From: Paraspadella gotoi | Taxonomy: Eukaryota > Animalia > Chaetognatha | Reading direction: 5' to 3' | Assembly: GCA_051294375.1 (NCBI GenBank) | Contig: JBJCIZ010000239.1 | Location: forward strand, 2,145,030 to 2,209,029 | Length of the DNA: 64,000 bases | Shown here: in pieces, positions 53,101 to 64,000 of the stretch | Numbering within the stretch: the stretch's first letter is position 1 | Layout: each line of letters opens with the position of its first letter | Position numbers and translations under genes: made by a program | Notes under the pieces: generated by a model | Told to the model about the DNA's origin: nothing | The model's input: only the letters and a program-made list of their open reading frames with translations | Database searches by the model: none

Positions 53101-56100
53101 AATTATCGTTTTTTACTTTTAAATATCAATCATTTTTTAATATCAGTAACTCCTAATTCGTTTCCCTTTTAAATATCATTTCCTCCAAATAACTATCATC
53201 AGTGTTTTACTTTTAATCTATCATCGATTTTTTAAAATATCCATTAACCTCCTAATCGTTCCTTTAAATATCATTTCTCCAAAATAACTATCATCCGTGT
53301 TTTTACTTTTAAATAATCATCATTTTTTAAAATATCATCAACCCTAAATCGGTTTCCTTTTAAAATATCAATCTTTTTTTAAAATATCGTTTTACTTTTA
53401 ACTATCATCTCTTTTTTAATTCATCAAACTCCTAAATCGTTTTCCTTTTAAATAATCCATCTTTTTTTAAATATCGTTTTACTTTTAAATATCATCATTT
53501 TTTAAATATCAGTAACTCCTAAATCGGTTTCCTTTAATATCATCTTTATTTAAATTCGTTTTAAAGCTTTTAAATATCATCATTTTTTAATATCAGTAAC
53601 TCCTAAATCGGTTTCCTTTTAAATATCATTCTCCAAATAACTAATCATTTGTGTTTTACACTTTTAAAATATTACATCATTTTTTAAATATCAGTAACTA
53701 TCTAAAATCGTTCCTTTTAAATATCATTTTTTCAAATAACTATCATCGGTTTTTTACTTTTAAATATCATCATTTTTTAAATACTCAATCACTCCTAAAT
53801 CGGTTTCCTATTAAAATATCATCTTTTTTTAAATATCATTTCTCCAAATAACTATCATCCGTATTTTACTTTTAAATTCATCATTTTTTAATATCAGTAA
53901 CCCTAAATCGGTTTTCCTTTTTTAAATATCATTCCTCCAAATAACTATCATCCGTGTTTTACTTTTAACTATCATCACTTTTAAATATCATCAACTCCTA
54001 AATCGGTTTCCTTTAAATAATCATCTTTTTTAAATATCATTTTACTTATAAACTATCATCACTTTTAAATATCATCAAACTCCTAAATCGGTTTCCTTTT
54101 AAATATCATTTTTCCAAAAATAACTATCATCCGTGTTTCTTTTAAATAAATCATCATTTTTAAAATATCATTACCTTCCTATAATCGGTTCCCTTAAATA
54201 TCATTTCTCCCAAAAACTATCATACCGTGTTTTAACTTTTAAATATCATCATTTTTTAAATATGCATCAGTAAATAATCGAGTTTCCTTTTAAATATCAT
54301 TTTTCCAAATAACTATCATCGTTTTAAATTTTAACTATCATCCTTTTTTAAAATAATCATCAACTCCTAACGGTTTCCTTTTTAAATATCATCTTTTTTT
54401 TTAAATATCGTTTTACTTTTAAATATCATCTTTTTTAATATCAGTAACTCCTAAATCTGTTTCCTTTTAAATATCATTTCTCCAAATAACTATTATCGTG
54501 TTTTTACTTTTAACTATCATCACTTTTAAATATCATCAACTCTAATCGGTTCCTTTTAAAATCATCTTTTTTAAATATCATTTTACTTTTACTATCATCA
54601 CTTTTTAAATACATCAACTCCTAAATCGGTTTCCTTTTAAATATCATTTTCCAAATAACTATCATCCGTGTTTTACTTTTAAATATCATCATTTTTTAAA
54701 TATCATCAACTAATAATCGTTTTTCTTTTAAATATCAATTTCTCCAAATAACTATCATCAGTGTTTTACTTTTAACTAAATCATCATTTTTTAAATATCA
54801 TTACCTCCTAAATCGGTTTCCTTTTAAATATCATTTCTCCAAATAACTATCATCCGTGATTTACTTTTAAATATCATCATTTTAATATCATCAAGTATAA
54901 ATCGGTTTCCTTTTAAATATCATTTTTCCCTAATTAACTATCATCGGTTTTTTACTTTTAACTATCATCCTTTTTTAAATATCATCAACTCCTAAATCGG
55001 TTCCTTTTAATATCATCTTTTTAAATATCGTTTTACTTTTAAAATATCATCATTTTTTAAATATCCAGTAACTCCTAAATCGGTTTCCTTTTTAAATATC
55101 ATTTCTCCAAATAACTATCATCCGTGTTTTTACTTTTAATATCATCATTTTTTAAATACAGTAACTACTTAATCGGTTTCCTTTTAAATATCATTTTTCC
55201 AAATAACTATCATCGGTTTTTTTACTTTTAACTATCATCCTTTTTTAAATATCATCAACTAATAATCGGTTTTTTTTTTAAATATCATCTTTTTTTAAAT
55301 ATCATTTTACTTTTAGAATATCATCATTTTTAAATATCAGTAACTCTAAATCGGTTCCTTTTAAATATCTTTTTTCCAACAACTATCATCGGTGTTTTAC
55401 TTATAACTATCATCACTTTTTAAATATCATCAAATCTAATTCGGTTTCCTTTTAAATATCATTTTTTCTTTTTTTTAAAATATCATTCTAATATAACTAT
55501 ATCCCGTGTTTTACTTTTAAATATCATCATTTTTTAAATATTCATCAACTAATAAATCGGTTTTCTTTTAAATATCATTTCTCCAAATAACTATCAATCA
55601 GTGTTTTACTTTTAACTATCATCATTTTTTAAATATCAGTAATTCCTAAATCGGTTCCTTTTAAATATCATTTCTCCAAATAACTATCTTTTGTGTTTTA
55701 CTTTTAATTCATCATTTTTTAAATATCAGTAACTACTAAATCGGTTTCCTTTTAAATATCATTTTCCAAAATAACTATCATCGGTTTTTTACTTTTAAAT
55801 ATCATCATTTTTTAAAATCATCAACTCCTAAAATCGGTTTCCTTTTAAATATCATCTTTTTTTTAAATATCATTTCTCCAAATAACTATCATCCGTATTT
55901 TACTTTTAAAATATCATCATTTTTTTAAATTCAGTAAACTCCTAATCGGTTTCCTTTTAAATTCATTTCTCCAAATAACTATCACTCCGTGTTTACTTTT
56001 AAATATCATCATTTTTTTAAATATCAGTAACTACTAAATCGGTTTCCTTTAATATCATTTTTCCAAATAACTATCATCGTTTTTACTTTAAAATATCATC

Positions 56101-56110
56101 ACTTTTTAAA
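47200..56110. repeat. AT-rich satellite array, ~85-95 bp monomer of ATCAT-led subunits
   Basis: Repeating ATCATCAACTCCTAAATCGGTTTCCTTTTAAAT-ATCATTTCTCCAAATAACT-ATCATCCGTGTTTTACTTTTAAAT-ATCATCATTTTTTAAAT over ~8.9 kb; + strand very G-poor. Confidence 0.95.
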
Positions 56111-56149
56111 CAAAGCACCGACCGGTGGTACCTAAGGTTGGTTGTGGTC

Positions 56150-56179
56150 GTCAAATCTGTGTTGGAAAACTTTTCCCTT

Positions 56180-56210
<31 letters not shown>

Positions 56211-56330
56211 TTCTCTCTCTCACACTGTCTTCTTTATGCACAAATTTGAAATATAATTCACAAATCTGTCAACGCTGTTGAAGGCTTGTAATCAAAGCCG
56301 AAACATGTCAAAACAAATCGTTGTCATAAT
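56150..56330 (+). mobile_element. Penelope-like relic with degenerate minimal hammerhead
   Basis: CTGTTGAA-GGCTT-gtaatca-AAGCC-GAAACATGTC at ~56275-56309; upstream sequence is shared with 21800-21908, which ends GCTGAAGAAGGCTTG. Confidence 0.55.
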
Positions 56331-56826
56331 TTATACAAACATAAACAAATCAAACTTATTCCTGCAAATTTAAAAACTATCATCATCATAACATAATTTT
56401 TATAGTTTTTTTAAAATTTTAACCGTTAAAACATAAAAGTTTGATATCTTGTCATAATATTTTTTATTTATTTTTTCAAGCTCTACCCGAATCCGTTTTT
56501 AAAAATTCTGAAATTTGAAAAAAAAAATTATGACTTACGTTATTACGATTACGATTTATTATTAACTATACATAAAAGCTTTTTTAAATTGTTTTCCCAC
56601 AAGGATTCTTTGTTTATTTATATTACAGAACTCTTCGTTTTTACCTTTTTCCGCCTTAATATTAATTAGCTAATTTGATTTCATTCGCTTTTCTGATTTC
56701 AATGAATTGATTCATTTCATTTCGTTTACAATTTTTATCTCGACCACCTCGGTATTTCAAGTCCACCGGCTCGAGATCGCCGAACCCAACTTGCTCAGAT
56801 ATTAACGCCTCTCGTCCTCAACGACC

Positions 56827-59800
56827 ATGGAATCTTGCTGCGCTTCCGGTCCCGGTTACGCCACGCCCCTCGACGCCATGAAAGGCGCGAGGGAAAAGTT
56901 GGTCTACATTCCCTGCGTGGCTCTTGACGGAGACGTTAATGATGACGAGAGAAGACCGGACGCTTTGGCGACGGTCGACGTGGATCCGGAGTCGTCAACG
57001 TATGGAGAAGGTGATCTAGTAGATAGTGAAAGTTGCATATATCTAAATTTGATAAGTAGAACTTTAGACGGACTTTGTTAAAAGTTCGCCCCGTCTCTAA
57101 GCACGACCCCTTCAGTCGTGACATGGTGGCTAATTGAGTAATACCATTAGTAGCCATAGCCGATGAATTTTAAATGCTAATGTATACAGCATTCAAGTAA
57201 TGTATCACGAGCATAGATTATAATATCAAGGTAGGGCAGAGAGGATGTGAAAGAAACAAAATAAGTGCCATCTCTGAAACCTATAAAATCTTAAAGTATA
57301 ACCAATTACCCATGAGACGCTTAATGTGGTAGGTCAGTAAAATTCGATAAAGGCAGGCTTTTTTTAAAAATGCTAATTAAAAAAATTATAAAAAATTGTA
57401 AGTAGTATAGTGAATATGCTTACAATTTTAATATACATCTATCATTTTCTACAGAGCATAAGCTTTAATTTGAGACCTCTCACAACTTTCTACGATTTTT
57501 TGTTATTGAATTATAAGTAAAAATTAGAATTTTTAATTAATTATTAATAATTATATTTTTTTTCAAAATAGCTTTTTTCTGAGAGTACTAGCCTAATTAA
57601 AATTATTATATTACCATCGCAGAGGAATCAAACTCAAGAAATGAAATCGAGTAAAATCGAGTAAAATCCACCGGAAGTAGAATGGAACTCTCTCATTGGC
57701 CAGGAGACAAATGGCACCAGCCAATGACCAGATGGGCTTCCATCCATCCTTCCATCCGCCGAGGAATTTTACCCTTACCTCCGATCCGATGGAACTGTAT
57801 AAATTGGCACTAAGTTTTGTATTGATTCACTCTGCCTGGAATTAGACACCGTCTTGTTACTTTCTATATTCTGAGAATAAAATCCCACTTTGGTATCATA
57901 TTAAAATCCCTGTCTACTTACTTAATTGTGGTGGCAGCGGTACGATTCTATAGAGCATAAAAAGTTGAACACGAAATATAACTACAGCTTTTAAGAATTC
58001 TTACATTTTCTCAGTAAAAATCTAAAATCATTGAATGGTGGTGATGGTGATTATTTTTTATGGGTCTTTATTTTGACCTACTTATCATTAAAATATTCAA
58101 AAAAAAATTATATTTTCGATAGACAACTTTTTATGATCTATCTCAATCTGATCTTAAAATTTAATATTTTTCATATTGAAGTAATCCTTTCTTTTTCGTT
58201 GTTAGTTTGAAAAAAATGTTTGACCTTTCCTATTTATAAATATTAAAAAAATAATTACGAGGGTATAGAGCCATAGAAATTTTTTTTGTGGGTTCGAATC
58301 CCACCGCTGCCACCACATTTAAGTAAGTAGACAGGGATTTCGATATGAAATCAGAATGGAATTTATTTCTCAGAAGATAAACAATATTAAGACGGTGTCA
58401 AATTCCAGGCAGAGTGAATCAATACAATTTTGTTCCCAATTTATACTCTTCCATCGGATCGGAGGTAAGGGTAAAAATTCCTCGGCGGAAGGAAGCCCAT
58501 CTGGTCATTGGCTGGTGCCATTTGTCTCCTGGCAATGAGAGAGTTCCATTTTACTTCCTTCGAATCTTCTACTCGCGTCGCCGATCCGGTTTCTTGAGTT
58601 TGATTCCTCTGCGATGGTATACTTAAAAATGTATAAATTTTCGTTGAGCATGTACTTGCTCTTAATTTTTGACTCGCCCATTGATGCGGCTCACCCCATA
58701 CCATTAGCTCATGAACTTTAGGTACCGGGATCAATCCGGAAGGGTACCTCCTCTGCGGGAGCATGAGGACAGCCGTAAACCACCTTGGGGGCGTGGAAAA
58801 CCCCCAAGCCTGGTTCCAAGCCCAGGACCCGTTCCATGGCTGCTAGAGGGGGTTAAAGAAGTTGCGGATAGCACTCTTCAGTCCATTTAATGCGTTATCC
58901 ACAGAAGTCTTAAATTATTGAACCTATATTGATAAGTTTTTCTTTTTTTTTCTTTTATATTTTAAAATTTTTTTACTATGCTTTAATTGTACAGGTTAGC
59001 ATGGGCCAATGTTTTCCGATGTTGTACAACTTACCTTTTACCTACCCCCTCACTCTTCCAGTTCTCCACATGCTAGACTTTCCCAACGTCGGCGACGAGG
59101 TCCATCATTCCGGCTGGAACACCTGTTCCAGCTGCTTCGGCGACTCCAGCAAGAAGCGCGACAAATTGGTGTTGCCGACGTTGGGTTCGGACAGGGTCTA
59201 TGTGGTCGACGTCGGGACGAATCCGCATCGCCGAAAATTCACAAGGTGAATTAGGAAGGAGATGTGATCGCTTTGACTTTACTAATAATTAAAGGGCCGT
59301 ATTCTACACATATTTATTAGTTGATATTTTATGTACATAACTTTTCTCTTTCAATATCAGTCGGTTAAAAATCAGAATTATCTGTCCGACCCCCCTTAGC
59401 TTATTACTATGTCAATGGTGTGGGTCAGAAGTTTGATTTAGGAACCTTCCCAAATGAATGAGGATACATTTTTATAAAAACTTTCAATGGACCAGAATTT
59501 CCTAAAATGGCCGAAGCACTAGTAATTCATTTTTTAATAGTTATAGATAGAAAATGTCAAAAATTTTTGAATTTTGTATTTTTAAAAGAATATTCAGATT
59601 GCTTACAAAATATTTTTTTTCTTCAAAATTTTGATGATAAGTGTCAAAATAAGAAAAAAAATTAAAAAATCATCCCTCATAAAATGATTTTAGCAGTTTT
59701 TATAGATTTTCAGTAATGATTATTCTTTTTAAAATTTTTTAGCTTTATCATAATCATTTTAAAAAAATTTGACATTTATTAATAATATGTAATTTAAATT

Positions 59801-62587
59801 AGCGAATTTCTCATGGTTTGGAATATTTTTTCAAAAAAATATTTTAACACAATAATGAATACCATTAATGGATTTGTTTAATAATGTTCCCATTAATTGA
59901 AATTGGTTTACTTGCGCTAATGACTTCATCTTCTTAAAATCAAAACCAACAGTATGATAAGAAAGAAAGAAAGCAAGAAAGAACAACAATAAAGGAAAAG
60001 AGGAGAACATATTCAATAAATAGCAAGAATTTAAGATTATGAATAAAAAATTTAATGTATTAATTATATTACTTATCATCTGATTAGCTATAATTTGTGG
60101 TGGGCAGAGCCGACCTTATTTGCTCAAACTTTTTTGTTGTTGCAGGTCATCGAACCAACGGAAAAGGGCCTCAACGGTCTTCGCTCGCCCCACACGGCAC
60201 ACTGCCTCGCTTCTGGTCAGATCCTCATAAGCTGCATGGGCGACGCCAATGACAATGCTCATTGCGGCTTCTTGCTCGTCGATGGGGAAAAGTTTGAACC
60301 TATTGGACAATGGGTCAGCGATTCTGGTGAGATTTATTGTATGCAGAGATATGTGCAATTAGTGAAGTTATCAAAAAGCAAAAAATAATATTTCTGCTAA
60401 TTAATTATCTTCAGGTGAAATGGCAGCAAAAGTTTGATTAATTTATGGTTTAAGATTAAAGATAGTCTAACATATTTCAAACAAATGTTTGCTCAGCATC
60501 TGTCCCAACCAACGCAATGGGTTACGACTACTGGTACCAACCTTTTCACAACGTCATGATCAGCACTGAGTGGGGTTGTCCCAAAGCTTTCAAGCCTGGA
60601 TTCAATATCAAGGACGTTGAGATGGGAAAGTACGGGCGAAAGCTGCACGTCTGGGACTGGACGGAGAGGAAGCATGTGCAGGTGGAAGCGCTGCAAGGGA
60701 TTAGTCATTTTTTAAGTGGTTAAAAAAATACAATCAATGACTCTTTAATGACAAAGAATCCAAACCCTCTCGTCTAGACTCTAGAGGAAAATAAAAAATA
60801 AGCTTCCAAAGCTGCTAAATTAGTACAACTCTGGCAATATGAGGGATTACGTTTAATGCTGACCTGGGTGGAGCAACTCACCTGCTGGTGTTAGCTTTGA
60901 ACTGGCAGTGGCACTGTTACACTAGTACTATTTTTCTTTGCCAAAGCAGCGGGAAGTTGTTAGTAACATCGCAGGAAACTCAACCTCACCTTATTATTCT
61001 CAGAATAAATCTCGTTTTTGATTTCATCCAAGAAATGAGTTTTTCCTTAAATGTGGTGATGTAGATACAACATGCAGTTGCGGTGATACATTCCTCCGCT
61101 GAGCCATCGTGATTGGTTGATGAAAGTCAGAAGTCGGTAAGGTGTGAATAATATACATCCACAGGATCCACTACAAAGAATATATCAAGGTGACCACTGA
61201 TAATACAAAAATTTGAAACGAGTAGTGTCTCATGCTATACCCCCTATTTGCCAACTACTAAACAAGATGATTTTGTATTATGTCATTAGTTCACAAATAA
61301 AGGGGACCCGACCTACAAAACTTCTTGCAGCGGATTAATATAAAACTGTTTTGTTAGATTCATCAAAGAGTTCTTTAAAACTTTATCTCCACACTCCCCG
61401 CAAACCCCAAACTCCCCCAATAATCAGGAAATCGACCTCGGGCCCGAAGGTCTCATTCCTTTGGAGATTCGCTTCCTACACGACCCAAAGGCCACGGAAG
61501 GTTTTGTCGGCTGCGCCCTTTCCTCTTCCGTCTTTCGATTCTTTAAAGACGAGGACGCTTGGAAAGCGGAGAAGGTTTGTATGCAACAATCACACTGGAA
61601 AAGTCGCTAAGTGAACTGAAGATTACTATGAAAAATTGCAAGATTAATTGTTTTACTATATTAGACTTTTAAATTTTATATTAAAATTCGATATAACCTT
61701 TAGATTCGTTGTGTTAAGAGTTAGCAAAGATAATTTAAAGACTCGTACTAGTCTTCAAATGTATAAATTTCGCTATATAATAGATTTAATTATTCTTTAT
61801 ATAAAATATATTCTTTTATAATGTAATGGGGAGAGGGATGTTAGGGTGCATCTATACAACACAAAGTTAAAAGCTATGTTCTGCCCTAGTTTTCTAATTA
61901 GATATTAAACATCATTCTTGTAAAGAAGTCATTTATTGAAAATTTAAAATAACTAAAAGTCTGAACAGAAAGAGGTGGAGAGGATAATTTGTTCTGGGAT
62001 TAAGGTTATTTATGATTCGTTATTGTTGAGCGTTAATACTACTTCTTCAACCCCCTCTGGCAGTCATGAAACGGGTCCTGGGCTTGGAACCAGGCATAGG
62101 GGTTTTCCATAATATTCAATTATTTTAATTGATTTCATACATGTTGTATGACCTTGGACCTCGGAAGTAATACATTTCTACATTTTTGAATGAGTGAGAT
62201 TCCGTCTCCATGTGATTCATTAAATCACTTTCATCCATCCATTCCAGGTGATCCAAATATCGCCAAAGACAGTTTCCGGATGGGCGCTCCCTCAGATGCC
62301 TGGACTCATCACGGACATCCTTATCTCGCTTGATGACCGATTCCTGTATTTCAGCAACTGGCTACACGGAGACATACGTCAGTACGACATCACTGATACG
62401 TAAGATCAAATGCTATACCTTTTCAGCTAATATTTGGCCTTAATTGACTGATTGACCAATAGTCGAAACCCACGCCTAGTGGGTCAGATCTTCATCGGCG
62501 GCCTGTTGGCGCCAGACGAGGACAATCCGGTCAAAGTGATTGAGGATCCAGAAAACGCCGAAATCCCGCCTCCCTTTTCTCTCAATG
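56827..62587 (+). CDS. SELENBP1: Selenium-binding protein 1 / methanethiol oxidase, 3'-partial (7 exons in window)
   Basis: Exons 56827-57010, 59062-59245, 60146-60326, 60497-60681, 61428-61574, 62248-62399, 62463-62587. Motifs [117 protein letters not shown]. One-base frameshift at the end of exon 2; the GGPQM..LSLDG exon was not found in the window. Confidence 0.93.
57612..57948 (+). mobile_element. LTR-like element with tRNA-Leu primer-binding site
   Basis: CATCGC start, ATTGG/CCAAT, GTATAAA, AATAAA, then TGGTGGCAGCGGT at 57929. Confidence 0.7.
58288..58620 (-). mobile_element. LTR-like element with 28 nt tRNA-Leu 3' end including CCA
   Basis: Plus strand 58288-58315 GTGGGTTCGAATCCCACCGCTGCCACCA; the remainder is the reverse complement of 57612-57928 with indels. 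Confidence 0.75.
58670..58905 (+). repeat. Structured repeat family 2, longest copy
   Basis: Hairpins GGTACC..GGTACC, CTTGGGGG..CCCCCAAG and CCTGG..CCAGG; the last two are enclosed by CAGCCG/TGGCTG. Other copies at 11432, 38117, 62040. Confidence 0.75.
60962..61058 (+). mobile_element. Internally deleted copy of the LTR-like family
   Basis: AGTAACATCGCAGGAAACTCAACCTCACC joined to TTATTATTCTCAGAATAAATC...TTAAATGTGGTG, matching both ends of 41977-42305. Confidence 0.6.
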
Positions 62588-62689
62588 GTTAGTTTGGGTT
62601 TATTGCAACTTAACTTACTCATTGATTTCTATAATTTATTTGACAAGTCATGTCTTTGTTAAAAATGGTAATTACTTGAAAATTAATAA

Positions 62690-62924
62690 ATGAAGAGACA
62701 GTGATAATTATGTGTTAGTGACAGAACCTTTCAATACAAGCAGTCCCTGAGCTTTGGATCAGGCTGTAACACCGTGTTACAGGCGGGTTAAGCACCCCGT
62801 CCCTCTTAACTGCAAGGCGACCACTGGGATAGAACCCCAGACTTTTGGGTTGGGAGGCGAATGACTTGCCTCCGGCACCAATGGCCGCTGATGAACGGTT
62901 GGTGGATTTTAGTCCACCATACAG
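62690..62924 (-). repeat. Structured repeat family 1 copy
   Basis: TGAAGAGACAG ... GGTGGATTTTAGTCCACCATACAG. Confidence 0.85.
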
Positions 62925-63719
62925 AATTATTACGTAGAATATGCCCACTTCCCAACCTGCAAAGAGTTTATTAAACCTGTTTTCCAAAGCATAATATTAT
63001 CCATAATGTTGTAACTTTGTAGGAGCCGACGTCGTTCTTAGAGATCAAGAAAGATATTTTCAATGGAGATTTTCGTTCAAATCTGACTACCAAACAATAT
63101 AAACGTTCTTGGGAAAAATTCCGGTAAAAAATCGATGTAAAAACACTTGATTCCGATCCTGTTGTATCTGAAGGGCTCGCATTTTTTTTGTCAAATCATC
63201 AACATCTTGATATCAAACAAGCCAGAACAAATAGACTGCTTCTGGACAGAAAAATTTTTATCTCTGATTTTATATAGAAATTAGAAATTAAAGATTTTTT
63301 TTTTTTGAAAACGATATAAACGTGACTGAGGTATGTTCCTGTTCAACAAATGACGTCAAATTCAGGAATCCTTTGGCAAAGTGTCTGAAAGGCTCTAAAA
63401 ATTTTTCTTTATATCTTATTTGGTTATTTAAATATGATACGATCATGGTAAAGTGATTATCATCGAATCGATAATCAATTCCTATTACATCAATAAATTA
63501 CTATTACATCAATAATTCGTTATCGCATAGATTCATTTCGTTTAATTTTCCCCGCGTTTTTTTCATTAATTTTCTATGATAGTGGGCTCTGGCTCGATCT
63601 TGAGTCTTTTAAGATTTTTTTATTTATGTTCTCCTCTCCTCTCTCTCTTCTCTCTCTCTCTCTCCTCTACTCTCTTTCTCTCTCTCTCTCTCTGCTTTTA
63701 TGGAAAATAGCGACGATCC

Positions 63720-63990
63720 TTATGCTTTTAAGATTTTTTAACTTGCATCATTTTTTCAACTTGCATAATTTTTTCAACTTGCATTCCGTCAAAACTTCAT
63801 AGGTCTAGCTTTTTCACTCACTTTTCCTACGGCTTTCACAAAATTTCATCTCAACCAATTTATCATCGGGTTAAATAATGAAATTAAAAGATTCAAGTAA
63901 ATGTGACTCATATTTTTCTCTTCATTTAAACTCATTTCCACTGGCTACGTTTCCACTTGAAACTTATATTCAAGCCTTCGTCAATACGTA
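63720..63990 (-). mobile_element. DINE-1/HINE-like central repeats (partial)
   Basis: Matches 38620-38960 (TTGCATCATTTTTTCAACTTGC, AAATTTCATCTCAA, CATTTAAACTCATTTCCACTGGC). Confidence 0.55.
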
Positions 63991-64000
63991 TTTAAATCCT

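Noticed and set aside
47200-56110. CRISPR array or coding repeat
   Set aside because: No unique spacers or cas genes, eukaryotic context, and no long ORF.
58288-58315. tRNA-Leu gene
   Set aside because: Only the 3' 28 nt with encoded CCA is present; no D or anticodon arm. It is a cDNA-derived fragment.
58707-58852. HDV-like ribozyme in repeat family 2
   Set aside because: CTCATG/CATGAG and CAGCCG/TGGCTG-CTA are suggestive, but P2, P3 and P1.1 could not be assigned together.

Overview
AT-rich eukaryotic (invertebrate animal-type) genomic DNA with spliceosomal GT-AG introns; no prokaryotic features. I reconstructed five protein-coding genes by hand: a 12-exon SLC5 sodium:solute symporter (+, 25-7387), two GT10 alpha-1,3-fucosyltransferases (-, one intronless, one with 3 coding exons), a divergent 8-exon FUT8-like alpha-1,6-fucosyltransferase (-, 37608-18122), and a SELENBP1/methanethiol oxidase (+, from 56827, running off the window). 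The rest is repeats: DINE-1/HINE-like Helentron derivatives, MITEs, Penelope-type minimal hammerhead relics, two related highly structured repeat families, LTR-like elements fused to reverse-transcribed tRNA-Leu 3' ends, and a ~9 kb satellite. An indel-ridden duplicate at ~25.7-32.2 kb and a 2 kb palindrome at ~42.9-47.2 kb both abut 25-N gaps and look like long-read gap-filling artefacts. Homology calls come from recalled family motifs, not database searches. Repeat boundaries are approximate.
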